A program made the translations under genes and the position numbers. Below, piece after piece: positions 28,134 to 36,954 of a stretch of DNA of 64,000 nt (positions are counted from its first letter, which is position 1; the number at the start of each line of letters is the position of its first letter). This DNA is from a virus (Duplodnaviria > Heunggongvirae > Uroviricota > Caudoviricetes). The notes under the pieces were generated by a model, which was given only the letters and a program-made list of their open reading frames with translations, was not told where the DNA came from and ran no database searches. The DNA lies in the IMG/VR virus record IMGVR_UViG_3300028592_000006, positions 1 to 64,000 of that record, one strand, 5' to 3'.

Positions 28134-28466
28134 ATGTCTGACCCCACGAAAGAAGAAAGCCAACCGCAGGTTGGCAGCGACGGCCTTGTTCGGCTTTTGG
28201 GTGATGCGCTCTGCGATGCCGTGGATCACCTCGATTACATCGGATGGGGTGATGAATGGGAACGTGGCAAATCTAAGTCTGTTGAGCCGGCGATCCGTAA
28301 TGCGATCAACCAATACCAAACTCTATTCCCCGATGCTGAGAACAAGCCCGACAAGCAATGGGTGTGTGATCGCTGCGGGCGTGTATTCAAGGAGCGCATC
28401 AGTCGGATGCAACACAAGCGCACGAGCACCAAATGTCAGCCGAACAGAACGTCCAGCCACCCGTAG
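28134..28466 (+). CDS. Hypothetical protein with C-terminal C2H2/C2HC zinc-finger-like motif
   Basis: WVCDRCGRVFKERISRMQHKRTSTKC. Confidence 0.45.
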   Translation: MSDPTKEESQPQVGSDGLVRLLGDALCDAVDHLDYIGWGDEWERGKSKSVEPAIRNAINQYQTLFPDAENKPDKQWVCDRCGRVFKERISRMQHKRTSTKCQPNRTSSHP

Positions 28467-28497
28467 GGTTGGCTGCGACCATCCGTTCAACAAAACC

Positions 28498-28749
28498 ATG
28501 AACCTCCTTCCCGCCGACATCCTCCGCATCCTCGGGCATTTCCCGGAGTGCAAGCCAGTCATCCACGGCAAGGACCTGATTGTAACCTGTCCCGACACCG
28601 GCACCGCATGGGACCTGGTAAAGAACATCCCCCGGCACTACGGAAAGACTCCCTGCTTTGTCCGGTTGAGGCCTTCGGCCTTGGTGTTCGGGGTGGTCGG
28701 TAGGTATCCGGACCCGCTGCTCCCGGCGAGTGAGCTTCCAACCTTTTAG
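28498..28749 (+). CDS. Hypothetical protein
   Basis: Internal Met MNLLPADIL of ORF 28171-28749. Confidence 0.35.
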   Translation: MNLLPADILRILGHFPECKPVIHGKDLIVTCPDTGTAWDLVKNIPRHYGKTPCFVRLRPSALVFGVVGRYPDPLLPASELPTF

Positions 28750-28896
28750 TTTCACCTAAAACGCATGGCCTCCCGGCACCGGGGGATGATACAAGGCATC
28801 CGGCTTTGATTACCGTAACCCTTGCACGCGAAGAGGCGGCTGATCACCGCTCGCCATGCACCACTCTCAAGCTAAACAACCAAACCAACAACCATC

Positions 28897-29640
28897 ATGC
28901 ATTTGCACGAGCTACTGGCCGTAGAGGGCAATCAACAGACCCAGGCCAACAAGGTCCGCAAGGAACTCGAGTCCACCTTCGACAAGAAGCGACACCTGTT
29001 CGAGCGGAAGATTGTCACCTTCACTTCCAGCACCGAGGGATCGGAGCCGGTGGTTGAGGAACAATCGGACATCAACACCACGGTCTCGAAGGAGATCCAG
29101 TGGATCAAGGGACACCTGACCAAGGCTCTCGACCTTGAATACCAGATTGCCGAGACCAACACCATTGCCCGTGCGGACGTGGAGCTGGACGACGGATCGG
29201 TTCTACTCAAGGCGGTGCCTGCCACCTCGCTGCTGGAGCTACAGAAGCGCATGGCAGAGCTGCTGGAGCTGGCCAAGGCCATTCCCACCCTCGACCCTGC
29301 AAAGGGCTTCCAGGCCGATCCTGCGGCCGGGGAAGGGGTGTTCCAGGCACGCATCGTCAACCGGGACCGGACCAAGAAGGTGCCGAAGGCATTCGTTGCC
29401 TACGAGGCCACCAAGGAGCACCCGGCACAGGTCCAGATGTTCAACGAGGATATCAAGACCGGCACCATCACCACCCAGGAGTGGTCGGGGATGATGACGC
29501 CTGCCGACAAGGCGGCGGTGCTGGACCGCATCGAGTCCTTGACTCGCGCCATCCGTGCGGCACGCTCACGGGCGAACACCGCGGAGGTGGATCGCAAGAA
29601 CAAGATTGGCGATGCCATCTTCACCTACATTTTCGGGTAA
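28897..29640 (+). CDS. Hypothetical protein (247 aa)
   Basis: Balanced composition; last protein gene before tRNA-like cluster. Confidence 0.55.
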   Translation: MHLHELLAVEGNQQTQANKVRKELESTFDKKRHLFERKIVTFTSSTEGSEPVVEEQSDINTTVSKEIQWIKGHLTKALDLEYQIAETNTIARADVELDDGSVLLKAVPATSLLELQKRMAELLELAKAIPTLDPAKGFQADPAAGEGVFQARIVNRDRTKKVPKAFVAYEATKEHPAQVQMFNEDIKTGTITTQEWSGMMTPADKAAVLDRIESLTRAIRAARSRANTAEVDRKNKIGDAIFTYIFG

Positions 29641-29676
29641 TTCCCATCAATGATTTCGGGTAGCCCCTAACGGGGT

Positions 29677-29740
29677 CCGAGGCTCAGGCTAAGGTTTGGA
29701 AATGAGGCTCACTCACTTCAGGCTTTTTACCCGAGGCTCA
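29677..29740 (+). repeat. Direct repeats CCGAGGCTCA (29677, 29731) and GAGGCTCA (29704)
   Basis: Read directly; precede tRNA-like cluster. Confidence 0.4.
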
Positions 29741-29790
29741 ACCCAACCGCAGCCCGCCACCGAATGCAGGCATCCATCCAAATCCAGGCC

Positions 29791-29818
29791 GGGGGTTCGA
29801 ATCCCCTCTCCGACGCCA
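29791..29818 (+). tRNA. tRNA 3' fragment (T-arm GGGGG-TTCGAAT-CCCCT, acceptor 3' strand CTCCGAC, discriminator G, CCA)
   Basis: Canonical T-loop and CCA end; no matching 5' half upstream. Confidence 0.5.
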
Positions 29819-29845
29819 TCAGCCCATCACGGTGGGTTGATCATC

Positions 29846-29870
29846 GTCGGAGTAGCTCAGTGGTAGAGCA
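29846..29870 (+). tRNA. tRNA 5' fragment (acceptor GTCGGAG exactly complementary to upstream CTCCGAC, TA, D-arm GCTC-AGTGGTA-GAGC)
   Basis: Canonical D-arm; no foldable anticodon/T-arm/3' acceptor downstream. Confidence 0.45.
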
Positions 29871-29921
29871 TGGAGATCAGGTTCGAAAGGATGCTGTCGC
29901 CCGAGGGGCACCAGGCTGCAA

Positions 29922-29993
29922 AAGCGCATAGCTCAATAGTAGAGCATTCGACTTATAATCGAACGGTTGGGGGTGCGAATCCCCCTACGCAAG
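29922..29993 (+). tRNA. tRNA-like gene, anticodon UAU (Ile-type) with poorly paired acceptor stem
   Basis: D-arm GCTC-AATAGTA-GAGC, anticodon arm TTCGA-CTTATAA-TCGAA, variable CGGTT, T-arm GGGGG-TGCGAAT-CCCCC; acceptor 5' AAGCGCA vs 3' TACGCAA pairs only 4/7. Confidence 0.4.
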
Positions 29994-29999
29994 ACAACC

Positions 30000-30040
30000 G
30001 GGGCGGGTGGCAGGCTAGTCACCCGTCCCACTTTCTTTTT
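30000..30040 (+). terminator. Rho-independent terminator
   Basis: GGGGCGGGTG-loop-CACCCGTCCC followed by ACTTTCTTTTT immediately after tRNA-like cluster. Confidence 0.65.
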
Positions 30041-30086
30041 CACCAACAACCACCATGGAAACCATCCAGCCACTGCCAATCCAGCC

Positions 30087-30326
30087 ATGAATGTCGCGGA
30101 ACTGATCGAAATACTCAAAGAGGAGGACCCGATGGCACTGGTCGTCCTGTCCCGTGATCCTGAAGGGAACGGCTTCAATGAGTGTCGTGGATTTTCCACC
30201 GACTGCTATGACCCGGACGGGCGCGAACTCGGCTTGGCGGAACTAACTCCCGAGCTCAAAGCGAAGGGCTACACCGACGAGGATGTCTTGGAGGACGGGG
30301 TGCCTTGTGTCACCCTATGGCCATGA
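30087..30326 (+). CDS. Hypothetical protein
   Basis: Internal Met MNVAELIEIL of ORF 29967-30326. Confidence 0.4.
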   Translation: MNVAELIEILKEEDPMALVVLSRDPEGNGFNECRGFSTDCYDPDGRELGLAELTPELKAKGYTDEDVLEDGVPCVTLWP

Positions 30327-30769
30327 GGAAGGCCAAGGGACCACCGAGGAAACCGAAGCGCCGGAACAGCAAGGTTGAGCGTCCCTACAACGGGGGCGAA
30401 TGGACCCTTGCCCGGATGAAGGCCTTCATCTTCTCCGCGCTCCGCGGTGCCCGCTGGCCGGTGAAATACCAGGTCATCAAGGAGGCCTTCGTCGAGCACG
30501 GCATCAACCCCAAGACCGGACGCTCCTGCAAACTGCACCGGTGCTCCGCGTGCCTCAAGCTGGTTCCCCAGAAAGAGGTGCGGGTGGATCACATCGAACC
30601 CATCGTCCCCATCGGCCATGAATGGGCGGCGGAAGGACACTTCCTTGGCACCAACTGGGACATGGTCCTGAGACGGATGTTCGTCGAATCCGAGGGCTTG
30701 CAGGCTCTGTGCGAGGGGTGCCACAATCTTAAGTCGTCAGCGGAACGGGAAGCCCGCAAGAACCAATGA
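30323..30769 (+). CDS. HNH endonuclease
   Basis: CSACLKL ... VDHIEPIVP ... LCEGCHNLK; start taken at ATG overlapping previous stop. Confidence 0.65.
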   Translation: MRKAKGPPRKPKRRNSKVERPYNGGEWTLARMKAFIFSALRGARWPVKYQVIKEAFVEHGINPKTGRSCKLHRCSACLKLVPQKEVRVDHIEPIVPIGHEWAAEGHFLGTNWDMVLRRMFVESEGLQALCEGCHNLKSSAEREARKNQ

Positions 30770-31194
30770 TCCAAGAACCATTCACCCTGGTCGGGAAAGC
30801 CCGCCAGATTGCCGCTAAAGCCCATTCCAACCAATGGCGTCGTGACGGGATCACACCCTACATCGTGCATCCGATGCAGGTGGCCTTGAGGCTATCCCAT
30901 TATCCGGAAGAAGTCCGGGCAACAGCATGGCTCCACGATGTGTTGGAGGATTCGGCCTACAAGGCGGGATTCCTACGGGAGAATGGTATCCCGGAATCCG
31001 TGATTGAAGCCGTAGTGGTGCTGACCAAGCGTGAAGGGGTCCTTTACACGGATTACATCGAGCAGATCAAAGCCCACCCATTCGCCCGGCACGTGAAAAT
31101 TGCAGACATCCTCTGCAACCTTGCCGACAACCCGACGAACAACCAGATCCGCAAGTATGCGGAAGCGCTGTTGATCCTTGTCGATCCTGCCTGA
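30766..31194 (+). CDS. HD-domain (p)ppGpp hydrolase-like protein (small alarmone hydrolase, RelA/SpoT-type HD)
   Basis: PYIVHPMQVALRL ... AWLHDVLEDS matches the His...HD...ED signature of Rel/SpoT hydrolase domain. Confidence 0.75.
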   Translation: MIQEPFTLVGKARQIAAKAHSNQWRRDGITPYIVHPMQVALRLSHYPEEVRATAWLHDVLEDSAYKAGFLRENGIPESVIEAVVVLTKREGVLYTDYIEQIKAHPFARHVKIADILCNLADNPTNNQIRKYAEALLILVDPA

Positions 31195-31296
31195 ACCAAT
31201 TTCCCGGCCGGTGGTCCTTCCCTTGTCCGCACGTTGGGGGACGTGTGAGTTGCAGGGGTGGCCCCGGTCGGGTTCCTTTTTGAAAGCCCGAGAGGA

Positions 31297-31464
31297 ATGA
31301 ACCAGTCAACCCTCGAGGAAAGACGCCGTCAACGGCTCAGGGAGCGCCACCAGAAGGCCGGCAAACGCAACCGCCGCAACCACATCGAATGGTTCTCCGG
31401 GCTGTCCACGGCTGAAATGGTGGCCTTGCGCGACGCCTACACCAAACACCTCAACCGGGAATGA
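31297..31464 (+). CDS. Small basic hypothetical protein
   Basis: Internal Met MNQSTLEERRRQRL. Confidence 0.35.
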   Translation: MNQSTLEERRRQRLRERHQKAGKRNRRNHIEWFSGLSTAEMVALRDAYTKHLNRE

Positions 31465-31697
31465 AACTTTACCACTTAAAGTCGAACTCGCAAACCATTG
31501 TCCGGAAGTCCGGATGCATGCATCAGGTGATGTGGTCCGGTTCCATGGAAAGGGGCAAGGATTGCCGGTGGATGATGCACCGGTGGAATCCCGGAAACGT
31601 GGAAAAGCTTTCACCGGAAGAAACCAAGGAGATCCTTGGCAAGATCAGTGATTTTGACAAACGGACCAAACACCGTGACCCGACTTTCGGAGCCTGA
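31461..31697 (+). CDS. Hypothetical protein
   Basis: 78 aa. Confidence 0.4.
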   Translation: MKLYHLKSNSQTIVRKSGCMHQVMWSGSMERGKDCRWMMHRWNPGNVEKLSPEETKEILGKISDFDKRTKHRDPTFGA

Positions 31698-31715
31698 GCC
31701 CTCCGGGCTTGGGAA

Positions 31716-32735
31716 TTGAATGACACCGCCCACAGGGCACAACCAACCAAAACAATGCCAGCAGGAATCACATCTCGCGACCGCCAGACATCTACTCAGA
31801 TGGCATGGCACGGTAAAACAATCATCGTCGATGAAGTCACACGCTCCAATTCAATGGACTGGGATGTCATCGAGTCGCCCATCTTCTACAACCGCCCGGT
31901 TGAAGGGCCGTTCGGGGAAGTGACGCCGCAATACCTCGAGGACCCCGAATACAAGCGCCTCATTGCCACCGACGACGGCAAGCCGGTCGGTCCACCGTAT
32001 GCCCCGAGCTACACGCCGTCGAGCGTGGCCAAGTTCTGGGAGGTGATCAACAAGGGCATGGGTGACACGCCCTACAAGATCGTGTCAGCCGGCTCGGTGG
32101 ATGACCGCTGCAAGATCTTTGCCTCCATCCAGACCACGGAGGGATTCATGGTCGGGGACCGGGAGTTCAAGGACTACGTGACCATCCTTGATTCATTCGA
32201 CAAGTCGTGCTCACTCACCGCGCTCTACAGTAATGTCTGCGTGGTGTGCGCTAATACGTTCGCCAGCGCCCTCCAGTCGGGGAAGGTAGTCGGAAAGGCC
32301 AAGCACACGCTGATGCTCGACGTGAACATCCAGCGCCTGATCGACGCCATTGACTCGTTCGTTGGCACCAGCGCCTACTTCAAGCAGCTCCTGCAACGGG
32401 CACACGAGACACCATGCACCCGCGACGAGGCGCATGCCTGGTTCACCGGACTGGAATGCCGCAATGCCGAGCACCTGACCAATGGCATCCGCCAGAAGAC
32501 GGCGCGCATGGCAGAGTTGTTTTCCGGTGGCCGCGGCAACGAGGGACTCACCCGTTTGGATGCTTTCTCCGGGCTGACCGAGTTCTACACCCGTGAATCG
32601 AGCCGGTCCTCGGACAACCAGTCCTACTCGAGTGAATTCGGCACCGCCGCGCAAACCAAGCGCTTCGTGGTCGATAACTTCGAGAAGACTTGGGATAAGT
32701 TCCGCAAGGAAGGCGAAGCCCTGTTGTCGGCATGA
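31716..32735 (+). CDS. DUF932-like phage/plasmid protein
   Basis: AWHGKTIIVDE N-terminal region and size resemble DUF932 (TIGR03299) proteins; weak. Confidence 0.45.
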   Translation: MNDTAHRAQPTKTMPAGITSRDRQTSTQMAWHGKTIIVDEVTRSNSMDWDVIESPIFYNRPVEGPFGEVTPQYLEDPEYKRLIATDDGKPVGPPYAPSYTPSSVAKFWEVINKGMGDTPYKIVSAGSVDDRCKIFASIQTTEGFMVGDREFKDYVTILDSFDKSCSLTALYSNVCVVCANTFASALQSGKVVGKAKHTLMLDVNIQRLIDAIDSFVGTSAYFKQLLQRAHETPCTRDEAHAWFTGLECRNAEHLTNGIRQKTARMAELFSGGRGNEGLTRLDAFSGLTEFYTRESSRSSDNQSYSSEFGTAAQTKRFVVDNFEKTWDKFRKEGEALLSA

Positions 32736-33064
32736 ATACCAACTTTACGCCGGGGCCATGGAAGGTCCACTTCAACGTCCCGACCGCCATCTACCCGGGG
32801 CACATCATCAAGCAGGATGACAACGTCCAGCTTCCGATTTGCAACGTCCCGGAAGGCGGCGGAACCCATGGCAAGGGCATCTACCGGGCCAATGCAATTC
32901 TGATCGCGGCGGCACCGGAGCTACTTGAAGCCTTATGTGGGCTAAGTGAATGGGTTTTACGCCCGGAAATTTCCGATTGGTTAAATCGAAGTGGGGTAAT
33001 CGGAAATTATGGTGAGGTGATACTCAATGCCCAAAGCGCAATTCGGAAAGCCCTTGAAGGATAA
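32732..33064 (+). CDS. Hypothetical protein
   Basis: 110 aa. Confidence 0.45.
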   Translation: MNTNFTPGPWKVHFNVPTAIYPGHIIKQDDNVQLPICNVPEGGGTHGKGIYRANAILIAAAPELLEALCGLSEWVLRPEISDWLNRSGVIGNYGEVILNAQSAIRKALEG

Positions 33065-33302
33065 AGCCATGGGATGCCACAAACTGGTTGATGGAAGCGG
33101 AAAGGTGATTGGAATCGTCACCTGCTCGAACGTCTATTCCTACAAGGGATTCCTTTTCGAGATGCACCATTTCTGTGGTCCTACCCGGCTCAAAAGGAAC
33201 GGGGAGCACCACAAATATTTCGGTCCCAGGTTCTGGAAGGTATTTGAGGAGTGGTTCAAGCTAACCGACAAGCAGAAGGCTAAGACCTTCATTTCAGGAT
33301 GA
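33027..33302 (+). CDS. Hypothetical protein
   Basis: 91 aa; alternative start ~33069. Confidence 0.4.
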   Translation: MPKAQFGKPLKDKAMGCHKLVDGSGKVIGIVTCSNVYSYKGFLFEMHHFCGPTRLKRNGEHHKYFGPRFWKVFEEWFKLTDKQKAKTFISG

Positions 33303-33607
33303 AGCCGAAATTCACCATTGGACCATACAAGGTTGTCCCGAATCCTTTGAACAGCAGTTTAAAGATCGAGGCGGAAGTAAGCGATGGGAGCTTCGTGGTG
33401 GCAGTTACTCCTTCCTTCCAGGAGTGTGACATACACAATGCAAGGCTTCTTGCTACCGCACCCGAACTGTTTTGGATGCTCAAGGAGGCTCGCTCGCTGG
33501 TGGAGCGGGAAGCCACGATTCGAGCACGAGGTGAACTCGGACAGCCCTACTTGCGAGACTTTCAATCCCGCATCGACAAGCTGCTCAACAAGTCATTGAA
33601 CGGATGA
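33299..33607 (+). CDS. Hypothetical protein
   Basis: 102 aa. Confidence 0.45.
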   Translation: MKPKFTIGPYKVVPNPLNSSLKIEAEVSDGSFVVAVTPSFQECDIHNARLLATAPELFWMLKEARSLVEREATIRARGELGQPYLRDFQSRIDKLLNKSLNG

Positions 33608-33810
33608 AACCCGACTCCCGCTGCGAGACGTGCTTCTTTTGGCGGCGGGACCCTCTCAACCCATGGTGCGGGTGGTGCCATGAGCCCACTGGTGATAAGC
33701 TGGAAGGCTCGAAAGGAAGACAACCCGCCCTCAAGACCGGAGCCCTGACCGCCTGCGAACGTCACCGCCCGCTCGACCCGGAACATTCCGAACTGACCAT
33801 CACGACATGA
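33604..33810 (+). CDS. Cys-rich small protein (CETCFF...CGWCH)
   Basis: 68 aa with two CxxC-like pairs. Confidence 0.4.
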   Translation: MKPDSRCETCFFWRRDPLNPWCGWCHEPTGDKLEGSKGRQPALKTGALTACERHRPLDPEHSELTITT

Positions 33811-34016
33811 CCTTAAATCCCTTTGAAGATTTGATTCTCGAAAATACCGCCATGAAAAAGGCGTTAAGCTCCTGTCTCATAATCATGAAGGATGCCCGCC
33901 ATGTGGCATTCCAGGACTACCAGGACGGCAGGGGTGAAGATCGAGAGCAATCCTACCATCGCTATAGCGGGTTGGATGAAACCATCCGCTCCATCGAAGA
34001 CCTGCTGAAACAATGA
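33807..34016 (+). CDS. Hypothetical protein
   Basis: 69 aa. Confidence 0.4.
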   Translation: MTLNPFEDLILENTAMKKALSSCLIIMKDARHVAFQDYQDGRGEDREQSYHRYSGLDETIRSIEDLLKQ

Positions 34017-34270
34017 GCGAGCCGATTCCAAAGACCCTTGCCGACCTCACCCAAGTGGAAAGGAAGAAGATCTTCCGGGCTTTCTGTGGTGCCGCTGCCG
34101 CCCGTGCCAAACAATGGGACTTCGAGCAGTTCATCGAAGACCTGATCAGACAGGAAATCGACGTTGAATTCGACTACTACGCCACCTGCTTGCACCAATC
34201 CACCATTGAGGAAGCAATGGAGACCTTCACGATGGAAGACGCCCTTGATGCGGTGTTCGGTGGGGACTGA
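34013..34270 (+). CDS. Hypothetical protein
   Basis: 85 aa. Confidence 0.4.
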   Translation: MSEPIPKTLADLTQVERKKIFRAFCGAAAARAKQWDFEQFIEDLIRQEIDVEFDYYATCLHQSTIEEAMETFTMEDALDAVFGGD

Positions 34271-34360
34271 GTGGAAAATCACCCGTGCTGGTGGCTGGAC
34301 ACCTGCCGTTAGTTTAGCCATGGCTAATAGCCTTCGCTTCCGAACAGGAAGCCTCCCTTT

Positions 34361-35329
34361 ATGACCCAACCAACATTGTTCCATTGTGGATCGGTATTGA
34401 CCGACTCCGACATCCCGTTCCTTGCTGAAACCTACCTCCTGCCGGAGAACGTCGTTTCCGAGCTTGTAGCCCGTCTCAGGCTGAAGGGAGAGGCTTCAGC
34501 GGACGACTACCCGGAGGAGATCCGCGACGGCGTCACGGCGCTGCTGGAGGCCATTGCGGACCATCCCGACGAAGACCCCGGCGAGGAGGTGGTGGACAAC
34601 GCCGCCTTCGCCCTGATGGGGGCCATGACGAGCGACAATTCGTTCATCATCACCCCGGACGGCACCTGCACCATCAACCCGGCCAATCCCCCGACCCTTG
34701 CCCACGGATACCTGGTGGTGGCGAAGGTGATGCAGCTCTACAAGCTGGGCAAGAAGGTCGATGAGGGGGCCACCTGGATGCTGGGGACCATCATCTCGTC
34801 GATGCGGGCCTACCACGGAGAATCCTTCGATCCCTCCCAGATCGCGGAGATGACCGAAAAGAGCTACAACACCATCTACACCGCCGAGAAGGTTTCCGAT
34901 GCCTACCCGCCGGAGAAGCGCCGGGGACGCAAGAACCTGACATTCTCCCACTACAAGGAGGCGTTCTTCCAAGACATTCCCGAGGAGTCGAAGGACCTCG
35001 TCCTTGCCAAATGCGAGACCTACGGTCTGGGGTCGAAGTTCGTCCGCGACCTGTCGTCGGTCATCAGGAAGATGGACGACGACACCACGGTGAGGAACAT
35101 CCGCTCGGTCCAGCAGGCCAAGGACCTGATCAAGGCCTGCAACGGCATCAAGGTGAAATACTACATCCTCAACGAGCACAACGAATGGTATGCCGTCATG
35201 GGCACCACCGCCGCCATCCCGACCGGCCGGCTCGTCATCGACCTGAAGAACGAGACGGTGCGCAAGGACAACGGGGCACCGTCGCCGATCAAGCCCGTCC
35301 GGACCAAGAAGGGCAGCAAGGCGGCCTGA
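34361..35329 (+). CDS. Hypothetical protein (322 aa)
   Basis: Balanced composition; antisense ORF 34496-35179 is spurious. Confidence 0.55.
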   Translation: MTQPTLFHCGSVLTDSDIPFLAETYLLPENVVSELVARLRLKGEASADDYPEEIRDGVTALLEAIADHPDEDPGEEVVDNAAFALMGAMTSDNSFIITPDGTCTINPANPPTLAHGYLVVAKVMQLYKLGKKVDEGATWMLGTIISSMRAYHGESFDPSQIAEMTEKSYNTIYTAEKVSDAYPPEKRRGRKNLTFSHYKEAFFQDIPEESKDLVLAKCETYGLGSKFVRDLSSVIRKMDDDTTVRNIRSVQQAKDLIKACNGIKVKYYILNEHNEWYAVMGTTAAIPTGRLVIDLKNETVRKDNGAPSPIKPVRTKKGSKAA

Positions 35330-35336
35330 TTACCTT

Positions 35337-35720
35337 ATGACCGAAAAACCAGAAGACGGGGTGGGGTTTGGAGACAAGCCCCACCCGCGGGACGAGAACC
35401 CGGAGCAGTTCGAGCGGATGCTGGACTTCTTCCGGGACATGGAATCCGTCACCTCCGAGATCCAGCAGGAGATGGTGGAGGCCCTGATGAAGAACGAGAG
35501 GTTCCGTAAGAAGATGGAAGCTGACCAGCAGCGCAGCGAGGAATGGATGATGGCCCATATCGACCGGGGGGTGAGGCAGTTCGTGAGCATCATGCCCCTG
35601 GCGCTGGTAAACGGGATCAACCCGTTCATCTCGGCCATGTCCCTGCATTCGGCGCTCACGAAGAACCCGATGATTGCGGCCATTATTGAAGCCCTCAATG
35701 AGGAGTCGCTAAACGAGTGA
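35337..35720 (+). CDS. Hypothetical protein
   Basis: 127 aa. Confidence 0.45.
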   Translation: MTEKPEDGVGFGDKPHPRDENPEQFERMLDFFRDMESVTSEIQQEMVEALMKNERFRKKMEADQQRSEEWMMAHIDRGVRQFVSIMPLALVNGINPFISAMSLHSALTKNPMIAAIIEALNEESLNE

Positions 35721-35732
35721 ACGCCTAGCCTC

Positions 35733-35972
35733 ATGGACGCCAACCTAACATCACCGCCGACAGAGGACGCCCCGCAGGCGTTCCATGCAGGCTCTTGTTC
35801 TCGCGTTGGCGATCATCCGTGGATGGATGAGACCGGCCACATCTCCGCCAAGGTCGCGGGAATCTGGATGGCCAACACCCTTCTAACGGCGGGCGTTGCT
35901 CCCGAACGGGCCTTCCGATGCGCCACATACGTGGCCGAAGACATAGCTTTCAACCCCGATAAATTCCGATGA
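35733..35972 (+). CDS. Hypothetical protein
   Basis: 79 aa. Confidence 0.35.
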   Translation: MDANLTSPPTEDAPQAFHAGSCSRVGDHPWMDETGHISAKVAGIWMANTLLTAGVAPERAFRCATYVAEDIAFNPDKFR

Positions 35973-36295
35973 GCAACCCGACACTATGGGGGAACTTCCG
36001 GCCGCTCTGGATGACTGGAACCGCAGCGTGCGATTGGCTAGAGGACGCCCCGCATGAAAATGGCGGCTACTACAACAAATGTATGGTGCCCCAGTGCCGC
36101 GCGGACTTCATCGGTCACAAGCGCCGCCACGTCTGCCGCCGTTGCTACATGTCAGCGAAAGCCGTCTATGACCGGATGACCCCCGAGGAACGGGTCGCGC
36201 ATGACCGCAAGATCCGCGAAGAGATCGAGCAATTCATGCGCGAGAACGCCCACTGCCCATCCGTGGGCGCAACAAAAGACGACCATGACAACTGA
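35969..36295 (+). CDS. Cys-rich hypothetical protein (CMVPQC...CRRC)
   Basis: 108 aa. Confidence 0.4.
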   Translation: MSNPTLWGNFRPLWMTGTAACDWLEDAPHENGGYYNKCMVPQCRADFIGHKRRHVCRRCYMSAKAVYDRMTPEERVAHDRKIREEIEQFMRENAHCPSVGATKDDHDN

Positions 36296-36737
36296 CTCAC
36301 CCCGCCCATCGGATGCGGCGGATTGTTCTCGGTCTTTGCATCAGTCGGTCAAAGTATGGACTGAGGTTGAAGCTCTCGCATTTATTGAGCATGACACCCG
36401 AATATCGTTCGCCCACAATTTCGGATGGTGGCTGATTTTTGATGGACGGGTGATCCATAACTCAACCTTCGAGATTTCAGACGGATGGGTGGCGTCGCCC
36501 CCGCCTGACCATGTAAAGAAAGACCTCGCGAAGATCTTCTGCCATGAGCTGCAAATCGCAGTGATCGAGAGCGAGAGAGACGCGCTTCGTAGCTGCGCCG
36601 ACCTACTCGCATGCCGACTCCAATGCCATCGCCACGACATGCTGGCGGGCGAGGACATCACATGGGAGGAAGGCGACCAAAACGCGCTGAATCGCTACGC
36701 CAATATTCCCGAGAACAGAGAGCCCAGCGGGCGTTAG
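36285..36737 (+). CDS. Hypothetical protein
   Basis: Internal Met MTTDSPRP of ORF 36201-36737. Confidence 0.4.
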   Translation: MTTDSPRPSDAADCSRSLHQSVKVWTEVEALAFIEHDTRISFAHNFGWWLIFDGRVIHNSTFEISDGWVASPPPDHVKKDLAKIFCHELQIAVIESERDALRSCADLLACRLQCHRHDMLAGEDITWEEGDQNALNRYANIPENREPSGR

Positions 36738-36765
36738 CTCCGCTGCGGCGGGAAGTTCTCCAATC

Positions 36766-36954
36766 ATGAACGACCAGGAACAAGTCGAGCTGCTCCGTGA
36801 AGCCCTTCGGGCGTGTCTGGAGGATAGCATGGAGCTGTTGGCTGAACGCCACTGGTGGGAAGACGAAGCCCGCGGCGGTTACTCCGGACGCTACCTGATG
36901 ACCAAGCTCAACATCGAACGGGCAAACGAAGCCCTTGAACAAACGAAACCATGA
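36766..36954 (+). CDS. Hypothetical protein
   Basis: 62 aa. Confidence 0.35.
   Translation: MNDQEQVELLREALRACLEDSMELLAERHWWEDEARGGYSGRYLMTKLNIERANEALEQTKP

Noticed and set aside
29791-29870. Interpretation as a functional permuted (3'-half-first) tRNA gene
   Set aside because: Permuted tRNA maturation needs BHB-splicing machinery that is not known in bacteria or phages. The halves are more plausibly recombination scars or decayed genes.
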